A stretch of 60,729 bases of DNA, filler included, from Sphacelaria rigidula (taxonomy: Eukaryota), in NCBI GenBank assembly GCA_964200075.2. It is 9 parts of 9 records of this genome, joined end to end, with 100 filler letters (N's around TTAATTAATTAA, not from the genome) between each part and the next. Parts side by side here need not be neighbours in the genome. Positions count along the whole stretch, not along the records: positions 33,796 to 40,454 come from CAXNAA020018782.1; positions 40,555 to 47,213 come from CAXNAA020018783.1; positions 47,314 to 53,971 come from CAXNAA020018784.1; 6 more parts are not named here. One strand, written 5' to 3'. Position 1 is the first letter of the stretch, and each line of letters begins with the position of its first letter. The position numbers and the translations under genes were made by a program. Positions 37,462 to 50,827 of this stretch are shown here, piece after piece. The notes beneath the pieces were generated by a model. The model was given only the letters and a program-made list of their open reading frames with translations, was not told the DNA's origin and made no database searches.

Positions 37462-40075
37462 CAAGACCACACACTGCTGAATTGGACTGTACTGCATTGT
37501 ACTGTACTGCCCTGTATTGTACTGTTGTGACTTGTTGTTCGGGTTTGCCCATCTATATACAACCACCTTCAGGGCGAGTCATCTGTTGTGCATTGACATA
37601 AATTTGACTCGAGAGATGAGTGGAAGACCCAGATTATCCACCGTGGGGGTCCAAGGGTTCAATTCCAGAGCTTGGGGCAGGACGAGTTCACGCTCTCATA
37701 AGGTTTTTTGTAATCTGATCCATGATGATGTCCATGGACAATGGGAGCAATGGAAAGGAACGCAGGGGCGGGGGCGGGAGAGAAGACAACACTCTCCTGA
37801 ACTGTACTGTTCTACATCGTGCTGCGTTGTCCTGCGCTGTACTGAGCCCATCTACATATAATCAACCACCTTCAGGGAGAGTAATCTCTTGTGCATTGGC
37901 ATAAAATTGACATGAAAGATGGGTGCAAGATCCAGGTGACCCACCGCAGAGGCTCACAGGTTTAACGCTTTTCAAAGATTTCGCGTAATCTGATCATTCA
38001 TGGTGCCCATCGAACAAGGGAAGGGAAGTAGCGGGGGGAAATATAAGACAACGCTGCACTGTACTGTATCACACAGCTTTTGTACTCCATTGTACCTGTT
38101 GTTTCAATTCGGCTTTGCCTGTAGTCACCCCCAGGGTGGGCATCTGCATCGGAATAATCTTCACTTGAAAAATGAATCATCAGTACGAGTACGCCCACGA
38201 GCAATGCACCTGCGGCAGAGTATGTGATCTGTCCAGAAGGCCGTCCGGGGTTCTCATGGAACCGACCGGACGGATCCTTGGTTTCTGACTGGCTAGCTTG
38301 ATTTGTCCGTCAGGAAGAGCCAGGACACTTTTGGGGGAAAATTTCCTGTATGTTTTGTGAGCGATTCGCATCCGTAGCGACCGTTGAAACCATCGTACGG
38401 TGCAAATAGCCTTGTAGCGGACAAGCGCGCCTGCTGAACAGTGCCAAAAAATACCGCCACCCGACTGGAGGTGGACATGAGCTACCATATCCAAGTCGCG
38501 AGTTGTACATAGCTTATGTCCAACTCCAGCGAGTAGAATATCTGCCCGCGCTCCCATGTGACTTGTATCGACACCACAGCAGCTGCAATGCACTCCACAC
38601 AGTCCGTAGCCATCGCTCAACCTATCGTGCGGTACAAACGGCGTCGTAGCGGACGAGAAACGCGCCTGCTACACACAGGGCCAAACAATACCGCCATCCG
38701 ACTGGAGCTGGACATCATAAGCTGCTGTGTGTCCAAGCCCAGCGAGTGGAATACCTGTCTGTGCTCGTCCCATGTGCCTTGTATCGACACCACATCAGCT
38801 GCAATATACTCACACAGTCCGAAGCCACCGTTCAAGCCATGGTGGGGTGCAAAGCTAAAGCACGCGGGAGCAGTATACACTCACACATTCCGTAACCACC
38901 GTTCAAGCCATCGTGGGGTGCAAACGGCGTCGTAGCGGATGAGAAATGCGCCTGCTGCACACAGGGCCAAAAAATGCATCTGCACCGGACTGGACTTGGA
39001 CATCGCTTTTGTAAAAAACGCGACTTAGGCTACTTGGACATGAGCTACGTTGGCTGGAGGTATGGGAGCACGTAATCATGTGCTTGCGATTGATAGCGGT
39101 CGCGTTGCAGACAAAATGCCAACAGGTGATTGCCGCTGGTACCCGCATTGTTCCGCGATGCACTGAGATTTTCACCAGCGTGATGAGCGTGTATCTACAG
39201 ACAGTGTTCAATAAACTAGAAAGGAACACGCTGCTCAGCTGCCTCGCGTCGCACGTTATGTACGTACGCTGCCCGTGTCACCTGGGGCTGTTGGGTACGA
39301 AGTGCGGATAACGCGCACCAACCGCGAAAATGGCTCCATGAATCGACCCTTTCTTCGTCGCACCGGCGATGTCCTCGACACACAGCTAGTGCGTCAATTT
39401 TCCACGACTGTATAGGAGCTGGGAGGAAGAAGGCCAATGTTGTATATCTAATCCCAAAGGCTACAGCATCGTGATATGCAATTGCTGTGGTGTCTATGCA
39501 AGGCACTTGGAACGAGCGCGGACAAGTATTTCACTCGCTGGAGTTGGACGTGAGTCATGTCCATGTCGCCAAGTCGCTCGCGACTTCGACATAGCTTATG
39601 TCCATCTCCAGTCGGGCGGCATAATGTTTTGGCACTGTGTGCAGCAGGCGGGTTTCTCGTCCGCTACAAGGCCAGTTGCACCGTGCGTTGGCTTGAATGG
39701 TGGCTACGGACTGTGTGACCGTATATCAGGTGCTGTGGTGTCGATGCAAGGCACATGGGACGAGCGTGGATAGGTATTCCAATCGCTGGAGGTGGACATA
39801 AGCTATGTCCAACTCGCGACTTGGACGTAGCTCATGTCCACCTCCAGTCGATTGGCGCTATTTTTTGGCACTGTGCAGCAGGCGCGTTCCTCATCCGCTA
39901 CGCGGCTGTTTGCACCGTACGATGGCTTGAGGGATGGCTACAGGCTGTGTGAGTGTACTCCGGGTTTTGTGGTGTTGATGCGAGGCACATGAGACGAACG
40001 CGGGCTGATAGTCAAATCCCAGCTGGAGGTGGACACAACTATTTCCAAGTCGCGACGTGGAAATGGCATTGCCCT
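36082..40075. mobile_element. ~4-kb foldback element with long modular inverted arms
   Basis: 36082-36430 is the reverse complement of ~39720-40075. Further ~240-bp units lie at 38365-39010 (forward) and 39475-39750 (reverse). Confidence 0.8.
37215..38175 (+). repeat. ~300-bp degenerate tandem repeat (about 3 units) containing a (GA)n tract at 37402-37456
   Basis: ggggcaggacgagttcac.ctct, gtactgt and caaccaccttcaggg.gagt.atct blocks recur at ~300-bp spacing. Confidence 0.7.
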
Positions 40076-40356
40076 ATTACATGTAGGCATTCATTTTTCT
40101 TTGCCACAACTGTTGTGGCGTAACACGTCTATCTGCATAGAACTAGGGTTGTTGGGCGGATGTATGAAAATATATGCGCGAAGATTTGTGTGTGGATCCA
40201 CTGGTTGAAGTTCTATTGTACACACCATCGACGTCCATGTATTGTTGATCCAAGTGAATACGTCAAGTTGGCGAGAAACTACCACCACCGGAGGCAGCCG
40301 TTCGCTTGATTTCTCGCTTGTGTCGGTGTGAACATACCACCCGCGTGTATGCACAA

Positions 40357-40357
40357 G

Positions 40358-40454
<97 letters not shown>
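40357..40454. repeat. (GTT)n microsatellite at contig end
   Basis: Pure repeat. Confidence 0.98.
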
Positions 40455-41007
40455 NNNNNNNNNNNNNNNNNNNNNNNNNNNNNNNNNNNNNNNNNNNNTT
40501 AATTAATTAANNNNNNNNNNNNNNNNNNNNNNNNNNNNNNNNNNNNNNNNNNNNTTTTGTTTTTCTTGTTTTTTGTTCGGGGTTGGCGTGGTGTTGTGTG
40601 GCGTGGTGGGGGGGGGTGGGGGGTGGGGGGGCTATCTCGGCAGCAGTCGCCGATAAATCTCAAATTTCGAGGTCGGAATGCGTGCAATCGGGAGCTCTTC
40701 CAACCCAGTCAGTCGCCATACACGAACACCGCTTTCTACGATGTGGATTTTTCTTGTCAGATAACAGATTTGTAATGTAAGGTTTGTTGTTTCCGAAAAA
40801 AAAAAAAAACATCAACAAAGAGTAAGTACCCGGCGGCTGAGGCCGCAGCGATCAGCGAAATTGATGCTGTATCTCGAGGCAACGACAAGAGTGCAATTTT
40901 ATTCATCACCTACTCCATACAGACAGTTACAGTCAAGTACTTCTACTTCATTTCTTACTTCGTACTATTAATATATATATATACCCTGTTATTCCTCTTG
41001 TCGTCAC

Positions 41008-41095
41008 CTCGTGGACGTTGGGTAGAGGGTTGATGTAGTTCGATATCTGCGTGATGAGAGCCGCCTCGGATTTGATGTCTGTGTGGATCACGTAT
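41008..41095 (-). CDS. Candidate isolated exon of an unidentified gene (YVIHTDIKSEAALITQISNYINPLPNVHE)
   Basis: Pyrimidine-rich acceptor ...aacag and donor gag|gtgac on the minus strand; open frame with C/G-ending codons. Confidence 0.5.
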
Positions 41096-42245
41096 CTGTT
41101 ATCCATGGGAGGGGGGCAAGACAGCGAAGTTAACCAAAGGAAATAATGCGCGTTAGACGGGGTGACGATTCGGTGGATGCACGACCGTACACATGGAACC
41201 ACACCCACATCCACAACAACACAAGATGCAGAAGCCAAGAAAAAGCTAGATAGACCCCAAAGATACCCATCAGCAGCACGATACGAGGTTTCGATTCCCG
41301 ATGCGTTGGGTTTTTTCTTCGTCGTACCTGATATCCAACGTGGAAGGCGTGAGAATGTGAGTAAATGAAGTAGTCGACTGAGTTTGTTTGACGTGAGTCG
41401 ACGCGGTGCGGGTGTTAGTCATGATCCAATCCGCGGCACCAAAATGCAAGGCGTGTACCGGGAGAGAGATGGGTTGATGATCCATCGAGACCACGGACGG
41501 ACTCATCCCGAGGGAGGGGAGGGGTTCAAAGTGCGACAAATACAAGAAAAAAAAACACGAACGCACGGAAGTAGAAGGAGAGGGAAAGAACGCTGCTCTA
41601 GTAGTTCCACTAATATAGAATTTACACAGCAAGTCCGGTCAGAGTTCTTAGCATCCAAGCAGCATTTTTACCACAGCGGCGCTTTCCCCTTCCCACCCAC
41701 TCGGGGGGAGTGCGCCTCTATTCGTCTCGCAGTTGCTCAATTATATTTTTGAAACCATTTCCCCTCCCCACATCTCTTCGGCCTCGAAAGTTGACTTGAG
41801 CGTTTGTTTCTACAGCCTGCGGTTCAGTGGACTGGCTTCAGGATGGACAAGTCCGAAGCTCGAGGTGGAAAAAGGGGGAAAGGTTCGGGGTTAATTATCC
41901 ATCCCTGGCGCGTTTCTTTCTCGTCCCCGTTCTACTATGAAGTACGGAAGGGTATCGACAAAGCAACCCGGTGTTGAATTTCTATTACTTTTTTTTTGGC
42001 ACGACTTAGTCTGCTATGCCGTTCTGTTTCGACCCCTCTTTCTTTCTTTCTTTTTTTCTGTTCCTATTACGTCCATAATGAGACTACGGCTGGACCCCTG
42101 TGGGATCAGTTCAAGTGCGACAATCAATCAATCAAAAAAAGTCAACCCGGCGGCATACAATATCCAATATCTGCTGTCAAAATTTCGCGACGTCGATACG
42201 ACATTCGACGTGTCTTTTTTCAACACATTATTCTTCCATCGATAA

Positions 42246-42247
<2 letters not shown>

Positions 42248-42281
<34 letters not shown>

Positions 42282-42632
42282 GTCGTTCCATCTATTCTGG
42301 ACGCCGGTGTACACCTTTCGGTATATGTATGTGGGCGCACCAGCCGGGGTCACACAGTATGAAGGTCAACACAGGGGCTTTTTCTTCTCTATTAGTTTCT
42401 CGTTTTTAGTACCCCACCTTCCTTTTGCGGTGCTTGCCTTTACTTTTTATCGCGAAAGGGGTTCAGCAGTCCCTTTCCCTCGTCGACCGTCACGTCGAAT
42501 TTTGTGTACCCACGACATGGTTGCTCTCCACTGATGGGCATGGTGTGAGAAAAAATCCCAGATCGCTCCGAGATTTGAACCCACGATCCAACCGTCAGAG
42601 GGTTTCGAAGTTACTAACTGACCCACCGGGGC
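42248..42632 (-). mobile_element. tRNA-derived SINE with (CA)n tail
   Basis: Collinear with the reverse complement of 34561-34935. Confidence 0.85.
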
Positions 42633-42696
42633 AACCGGCTGTACGGTGGAAAAATAAAACTCCGGTAGGATAGGACATGGTTCCCACTGTTGACGT

Positions 42697-43020
42697 GTAT
42701 TGTCATCCCCTCTATTCTGGACGCCAGTCTACAGATTTTGGTATATATTGGGCAAGTCTGCCGGGGTCACACAGGAGGGAGGCCAAAAGAAAAGTTTTCC
42801 CTTTTTTTTCCTTTAATTTTCATTTTATTTCTCCACTCCCCTTCTGCGGTGCTCGCCTTTATTTTTCATTGCGAGAGGGGTTCAGCAATCCCTCTCCTTC
42901 GTCGACTATTGAGTGGAATCCTGTGTACCCACGACTAAGTCGCTCTCCACTGTTGGGCATATGGTGTGAGAACAACCCCAGGCCATGTGAATCCACCGAG
43001 CTTCAAACCCACGACCCCCA
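42697..43020 (-). mobile_element. Diverged SINE copy (further partial copies at 45445-45730, 46318-46388, 47383-47510)
   Basis: Shared body tgtgtacccacgac..agtcgctctccactg.tgggcat.gtgtgaga. Confidence 0.75.
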
Positions 43021-43042
43021 ACACGCTGGAAGGCGGAATATT

Positions 43043-43490
43043 CCAGGGATTTACACGTTACACGTTCACGTTCACGTTACGTTCATCACGTAAAGCAAAT
43101 TCAACGTTCACGTTGCGTGACGTGTGTCACGTAGAAAAAAATCAACGTTACGTTTACGTTACATTTGAAAATTCAACGTTACGTTCATCACATGGAAAAA
43201 ATTAACGTTCACGTTACGTTTCGGCCAAAACGTAACGTGAACGTAACGTGAAACGCTATGGCACGTGTAACGTGTATAGCCCTGGCTATACATGTACACG
43301 TTCACGTTCACGTCATGTTCATCACGTAAATTTTCTTCAACGCTCACCTTACGTGACGTGTGTCACGTAAAAAATAACGTTACGTTAATGTTACATTTGA
43401 AAATTTAACGTTACGTTCATCACGGAATTTTTTTTAACGTTCACGTTACATTTCGGCCAAAACGTAACGTGAACGTAACGTGTAATGCTA
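43043..43490. mobile_element. Two adjacent copies of an ACGT-rich MITE
   Basis: TIRs ccaggg(at/ct).tacacgttacacg at 43043 and 43285. A second collinear copy lies at 43286-43490. Confidence 0.8.
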
Positions 43491-44523
43491 TGAGTGCTTT
43501 GTGGAAGCGAAAGAACTGTCAATTACATTCCTGAATTAAATCGAATCACACATTAATCATGATACATGTGACATGACGAACACCGAACAGAACCGGAACG
43601 GCTCAGGGCTTGAAACGTCTGTATTTGCTGATACCGAACATCAAAGCGGTTGCCATTCAACACGCTGAGAGAGAGTGAAGAGTGGGAAGCAGACGTATTA
43701 GCAGGCGCGCAGAACGGCGGCCTGAACATCCAGCCGGCTTACTGTTCGATTGCAGGCAGTGCGAGTGTTGAAGGCGGTACAACTGGAACACTCGACTTTA
43801 TACTGCGAGCATTCTCCGTACTCATGGATGAACAGGCTGACGCCGTGAGTGCCGGCGGCGCCGAGTTTCGGAATCACCAACTGAGCCACCTGGACGACCG
43901 GTTCAACAATCACAACTGACATTGACCATAGTTGAAATCACCGTTCATCAGGTCAGAATTCTTGTTTTTCCCCGCACTTTTCTTCATCGAAAAATGAAGT
44001 GATGAGACACGGCCTCACCGCCGAGACCCGGCAAAACAAGAAACACCCAACAACCCTGATGGCTGGGACGTTGTGATCAGATCGGGGCAAAATCCTGTAG
44101 TACGGTGAAAATTGTCAGCGGCCTGATCGCACACGCTATTGCGTAACGATAAACACAACCGTGATGTGTCCTGAGGGTGGACAACGGCCGTTTTTCATAT
44201 AGGCGTTGTCTCTTCATCAAACACAACCATTCCGAACCTCTTAAAGACGGCCGATGCTTGAGCATCGACGTAGAGCACGACTTTAGGTCATGCGAGTGGG
44301 GTCATCTCCATGAAATCTCCGGCTCCAACTCCCAACCCTCTTCGGAGCGCCAAAGTGGAAATTCACAAAAACACTTGCATCGAGGATTTGCGGATGGAGC
44401 GAAGAGGGTAACTCGTCTCACGACGCAGAAGTCTTTAATTGGATAGCATGAGTCCTGAGTCCTACATCCGAGCATTCACGTAGCCGGATCATGATAATCC
44501 ACACGTCAACAGAGGGGAAGGAA

Positions 44524-44559
<36 letters not shown>

Positions 44560-44863
44560 GGGGGGGGGGGGGGGGGGGTACTATTTTTTTCTTTTGTGGG
44601 GTTTTTTGGACTTTGATATATTTTCCTTTTGGAGTTGGCGATCGTGTCCCTAATGTTTGTGNNNNNNNNNNGTGTGGGGGGGTTTGGTTGTTTTGGGTGT
44701 TTGTTTTTTGTTTGTTGGTTGGGGGGGGGGGTGGGGGGGGCGTACTCATTTTTTCCTTTCCGTAGTCATTTGACCATTGATAACGTATCCCTTTCGAGAC
44801 GGAGCACGGATCCCAAATCCTGATGGAGAAACTCCAGAATTAGGGCGCCCACTTCGTCTCTTC

Positions 44864-45379
44864 CAGGGCTCTTTACGGTACACTTTACACGTTACGTCAC
44901 AAATATGACGTTTAAAAATTTATAGGTCACATCACGTCGCAATTCTTTACCGGTACGTCACGTCACGTCACAGTAAAATATATTTAGAAACGTTAATTAT
45001 ATCGTGTAACGCACGATATACCTCTCGTTTGTGACGTGTGACGTAAAAAGAAACGTTACACTTCGACCATGTTGAGGTTCAACGAACGCTAGGTACGACG
45101 TTGTTACGTTTCATGGAGCGTAACTTGGTGCGGGACGTTACACGGTGACGTTTGTGACGTTCATTCAGACGTCACAAACGTGTTACATACAAACAAACGT
45201 GAAAAGTATGAAATACGTTACACGTTACTATCAACATTTCAAAAATACGTTGATGTGTTGTTTGAAAAAAATACGGCACGTCATGTCACATTTGTGACGT
45301 CTTGAAAACTGATACGTCACGTCACGTGAAAAAATTATGACGTATAACGCACGTGTGACGTTTACCGTGAAGAGCCTTG
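44864..45379. mobile_element. ACGT/TGACGT-rich hAT-like MITE
   Basis: TIRs cagggctctttacggta / taccgtgaagagccttg. 8-bp TSD gtctcttc/gtttcttc (7/8). Confidence 0.8.
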
Positions 45380-46751
45380 GTTTCTTCGATACACCACACA
45401 AAATCCTTTTACATGGTTCCTAATACTCTTCCTGTTTCGCCGTCTGTTGTTGTTGCTGTTGTTGTTATCCCTTCTATTCTGGGCACCGGCCTACCCCTTT
45501 CGGTGTATGTGGGCGCATCAGCCGGGGTCACACAGGAGGGAGGTCAACATGGGAGCTTTTTGTTTGTTTGTTTTTTAGTACTCCACCTTCCTTCTGCGGT
45601 GCTTGCCTTTGTTTTTTTATCGCGAGAGGGCTTCAGCAGCGCCTTTTCCTCGTCGAACGTTAAGTCGGATATTGTGTACCCACGACATAGTCGCTCTTCA
45701 CTGTTGGGCATGGTGTGAGAAAAAATCCCACACGAGCTGGGCCAGCTTAAAAGCTGCTAAAACTTGCTCACACCACAGCTTCCCCAGTTTCCCGAATGAA
45801 CCCGATGTAAGGATATCACTGTGAAGTGTAGACCAACCTGGTGACACGGCACCGCCGCTGAATGAAACAAAATTGTACTACATAATGTATGACCTTAACG
45901 ACGGACGAAAAAAAAAGAAAATATGTTGGGATTCGAACTCATGACCTCCATAACTGGAGTCTCCCATCACTTGCTTCATAGGGATGTAGCAGCGTCACGA
46001 AAAATGTTGAACGCACGGCCCAATTCGACGAGTCTTGAGCTGAGAGTTCAGGAAGATCTTCTTCACCCAAAGAGCTGATATTTCACGTGTCTAGCTGCAG
46101 ATTCTCCGTTCTTTTCTGGACTGATCATGGCATTATCTTGTTTTTGCTGAAATTTCTCCTGCCCATAACTTTACTCTTATTTTTATTTGCTGGTCCCGTG
46201 ATCTTGTGTACTTTGATCATGAAAAGCTATTGTCATAATTTCAGCGAACGACTCCTAATATCGCGCCGTGTGTCGCCTGAGCGAGATTCACACCTCCTCT
46301 TGGCTGGCCCAGCTCGTATCGCTCCAAGATTTGAACCCACCACCCAACCATCAGAAGGTTTCGAGGTTACCAACTGAGCCACCGGGGCGACAGGTGTCTG
46401 CGGCCACTATTGTAGCGATTGTTTTCTCGCTACCGTGTCATGTACCAACCGACTCCATGCCAGCTTCCGTTTACTTCTCACGTTTTCTTCTCCAACACGT
46501 TCCGTTTCTTTTTGTATAGTTCACATTTTGCCACGAGATGGGTTCTATTCTCCATATCTTTCCACAAGGGCAATTTTGTGTGTGTGTGGTAGTAGGGCAG
46601 GGAGGGGGGGGTGGGTGAACCTATGATCATGCATGCCATGGTCATGAGGCCGTGTTGATTGTTCTTGTGCTGTTTGTGCGTTTGTTGGTTGTAGTTTTTG
46701 CTGTTCTTTTTCCTCCTCTTTTTGTTGCTGTTGTTTGTTGTTGCTTTCATT

Positions 46752-46958
46752 CAAGGGCAGGTCGAGTAGAGTATACTCGATTGCGGGGTATTTTGAAAGT
46801 CGTACTTGAAGAACTCAAATTGGGGTAGCGTTGAAAGTCGTACCCCGAAAATAACTGGGAAGCGATCTCGAACACCCTACCCCAATATGTGTACTTGAAG
46901 TACGACTTTCAAAATACCCCGCAATTGAGTACAGTGTACCCTACTCGACCTGTCCTTG
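46752..46958. mobile_element. hAT-like palindromic MITE
   Basis: TIRs caagggcaggtcgagtag / ctactcgacctgtccttg. Degenerate 8-bp TSD ctttcatt/cttccgtt (6/8). Confidence 0.75.
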
Positions 46959-47924
46959 CTTCCGTTATTCTTTCTTTTCTGTGGCTTTTGCTTCCGTCTT
47001 GTTCTGTTTATTTCCGTCTTTTCTCTCATTCCGTTCTCTTTTGCTGTTCCTGGCCACGGGCTGGATTGTTGCAATCAGCTTATGTGAGATAATCAATCAA
47101 TCAAGACCATAGTGGGAATGGGAAGGGCAAGAGGTGGGGGGGGGGGGGGGGGGGGGCCCCTTTTTTTTGTTGAGAGAGGGGGGGGGTAATGGGGAGCGGG
47201 GCGTTTGTTAGAGNNNNNNNNNNNNNNNNNNNNNNNNNNNNNNNNNNNNNNNNNNNNTTAATTAATTAANNNNNNNNNNNNNNNNNNNNNNNNNNNNNNN
47301 NNNNNNNNNNNNNCAAAACAAATTTGGACAATCTTTGAGGAACTAAGAAATTACGGATTGTGCATACTTCTGACGCTGACTACTGTACCCACGACATGGT
47401 CGCTCTCCATTGTGGGCATGGTGTGAGAAAAAAATCCAAGATCCCTCCGGGATGTGAACCCACGACCCAACCGTCAAGAGGTTTCGAGGCTACCAAATGA
47501 GCCACCGGGGAGACCGACTTTGTTGGATACTCTTTTTCGCAATACCACGTCCATAACATTCCCCTTAGCAACCTCTCCCTCTCTTGTGTCGTAGTGCAGT
47601 TTTTGATTGATTGATTGTCGCACTTTACGAACTGCGATATGTAGATACGTATACGTGTGGTATGAGCACGGCTGTCTGCCCAAACGCGGGCAAAGTACGT
47701 GATTACCTCCAACTCACACATTGTGCACGTTTATAATATCAAAACATTTTCGTGTCTGCTGGTAACACCGCACAATCAACATACTGCATGTACATTTTAG
47801 TCATTCAGGACCAGTACAGAACTGTTCGTCGTACACCGCCCTCCTTAGGATGGCGCCCGTATCACTGCGATAGTGACAGGTCGGTAACAAACGGTCTTGC
47901 AAAAGCCAGCGAGAATCAATATTC

Positions 47925-48180
47925 CACGGTTAGGACGAATAACCATGACTACGAATCACCAAATCCACGATTTCTTCGGCCTGATTGCCTACAAGGGGGG
48001 GGAAAGTTGACCGCTGGTCCAAGGGGTATCCACGCAACTTTTGCGCCATCCTACGTGTTTGGGCTACGTGTACCTGGGTCGCAACGTTGAAAACAAGCCT
48101 AGGGGTCGATTCGTGATGATTGGAATCACAATACTAAAAGCAAGTAATTTCCAGACGAGTCATTATTTGTCCGACCCTTG
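47925..48180. mobile_element. hAT-like MITE (family of 4074-4339)
   Basis: Perfect 8-bp TSD caatattc at 47917-47924 and 48181-48188. Imperfect TIRs cacggttaggac / gtccgacccttg. Confidence 0.85.
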
Positions 48181-48429
48181 CAATATTCATCATCCAGTGA
48201 TCGCCGCGACTCAGAAGTCATTTTCCAGCCGGCAAATTCGCTCCCCGATCGCCACAAGAACAACTGATACGCCAAAATTCCTCGGTTTTCGGCTGCTCAC
48301 GTTGATGCGAGCCCGGAGATATGTAAACAATTGTTCAATTCCGTGTTCTAGTGGAGAAATAGGAAGAATAAGGTTTTCCCCACATTCATTTGGCATTTCC
48401 CTTATTCTCGACCGCGGGAAGGAGGGGGG

Positions 48430-50800
48430 AGGGGGTAGCGGTGGTGTATGGATTTCCGGATGTGGGCCCCCTCGAGCTGAACAGAAGTATCTTGTCCATC
48501 TTGGTACATTTTCACATGTTAAGTTGGGCAGTGGGACCGTGGCGTTGTCGTCAAAATATAGCCAAAGTGGAAGTGAGGAAATCGCCGAAATATTCACGTG
48601 CAAAGCCGTTGCGGAGCTAATTCAAGTTGATAACGCTAGAAGAATACCAGTGCAACGCCCACTCCGGCTGCCAGCCTGTTTGCACGGCCGGGTCGGTAGT
48701 GGTGGGACTGTCTGTACCGGGATGTCGCCTCCAGTAGCAGGTGCGCCGGCAAGGGCTCGTCGCGCAACCCACTGGTCGCGCGACAGGAGCTTAACCTTCG
48801 ACTGTCGATCGTTTTGGAGCGGAAACGTTCAGCTCCCAACCCTCATATATAGCGGACCATAAACGATGCTTGTTTGCTGGATTTCTTCGAGAGTTCATCC
48901 CTAACTGGGCAAAGAATGATGCGAGGCCGGCGGGATCCATCGCACAGTCAGCGTGCTCAACTGTCGCTGTACCCACTATAATCGTCATCAGACAGCAAGG
49001 TGTTGAAAAACGTCATCGCGCACCCAATGATTATCCACCGTATGAATGCACACCGGGCCATCACCGACCCCCCCTGCTGTAGCTGTGACAGTGACACCTT
49101 CCTCTAATACCAATCTACACATGCTCCAAATTTCGGCTTAATCTGACGCGGGGTGCGGATGCTTTTCACGCCTAAGCTGCCAAAACACCGCCTCCATATT
49201 ATCCAAAACGAACAACACTGAAATGGACGTGTTCTTTCTGCGAGGTGTCCGAAGCGCGTGAATACCCAGAAGAGTTGGTCTTCACGAGGGTTCAGAACAC
49301 CACAGCAAAGAAGATGATACTTCAAGATGTACGGTAATAGTCGGTATCGCCGTGTTTTGCACGAGGCGCTCGTGAACGCGTTGCATTGCGGTGCGTTTAA
49401 AAGGTCTCACGAGACCAAAATGGATCCAGGTACGAGGCGCAGAGTTGCGAGCAACATCTTCACAATACCATAGTTTACCACGACTATGGATATGTAATTC
49501 TTGCTGACGTGGATGGGATGACATGTACTATGTACCCTTCGTACTCTCTGCGCGCAGACACTATACTGCGCGACTCAGTGGAACTATTCTGAAAAATATT
49601 AAGTCGAGGCAACCAAGATTTGGATGGAATTCTCACCTGACAGCTCGCGGTCCAATATGACACCATTGTCGGTATACCAGGAACCTGAGTGCGATGCCCG
49701 ACGCCTGTACGTCGCTCCCACTTCCATTTGACGAGAAGTCATCGTTGTGCTTATCTGTACGGCCTGGGTTTGGAATTTCCAAGAATACGGGAGGGGGTAC
49801 CCCCGACACGAATAGTGGTACCATGTATACACCTGAAGGATCCTTGTGGAACGGTTACGAGCGGCCTTTATGCTTGATGGTTAGCCACCTTGAGCCTGGC
49901 AGATGTGGAAGAGGTGGCGGAATCCATCTATCGACAATGCGATTTTGATGAGCGGTCCACAGGCCCCCTCAGCTGTTTCGAGTATAACATTATCAACGTC
50001 TCACTGCCCAAGAATAGCCCTCCCACCGGCTTCGTCGCGGTGACAACGTTCGGTAAGTGATTTACACATGTGTATCTGGTTGTTAAGTCGTGTACATTGT
50101 GTACTGTACCAAGACTTGCACTACGAACCCTCGGTTGTCCCACCGCTTGAGCCTGTGGTGAAATCATAATGACGTGCAGCCACTTGCGCAAACTTCGTTG
50201 GGGATGAGATCAAGGTAGGCTTTCGAAGAGCACGTGTACATCATGTTCACTATACTGAAGGCGGCGCACAGGTTACTTTTTTCTTGTCCCGAGCTGCGCT
50301 AAGTGCACAAGTACGACGGGGTAGCGAGTACGATACAACGTTTTGTCTGAGCTGCTGTGTTCGTCTTCCCGCGTTGCAGCCATGAGCGCCAGCACCGCTA
50401 CAGCAGCTAGCACGGGCAACTCGTTGGTACCGCTGATCAGCGAGCAATACAGGATTATCAAGCGTCTCGGAGGAGGAAGGTGGGATTTTCTTCACAGTCA
50501 GTTGGGGTCACGTATATGGTAAACGCCCACACATTGTGCCACTGCCTCTCGAGCAGACTCGAGGTGGACTGGGGTCTATCGCTAGGTTACTTACAGAGCA
50601 AGAGGCGGCGGATACGAGTCGTGGTGTCTACCATCTTCCATCACCCCCTGTGTCATGGGTGAGCTTGTTGAAAGCTGCGGCCCCAGATTTCCAGGACTTG
50701 ATATTTTGGGTGATGGTGTGAAGGAATGCCCCGAAATCCATCATTCGTCCATAATGCGGAGGAACCTAATTTGTCGTTGTTGCCGAATTGCTGAATTGCT
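48430..50800 (+). pseudogene. Eroded coding-like region of unknown family
   Basis: Protein-like fragments with stops (C..F....AFHA*...KWTCSFC, PHD-like tail at ~49120-49245; LADVEEVAESIYRQCDF...GFVAVTTF|gtaagt) and a short candidate exon at 50180-50214. Confidence 0.3.
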
Positions 50801-50827
50801 GACCATCGCCGGACTCGAAACGATGTA

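Noticed and set aside
40306..40510. Poly-Val / poly-Leu ORFs
   Set aside because: Translation of a (GTT)n microsatellite running into a gap.
43620..44460. Possible degenerate transposase between MITEs
   Set aside because: No catalytic motif identifiable in any frame.
45940..46310. hAT dimerisation-like fragment on the minus strand (RRNFSKNKIM)
   Set aside because: Similarity is too short and interrupted to support.
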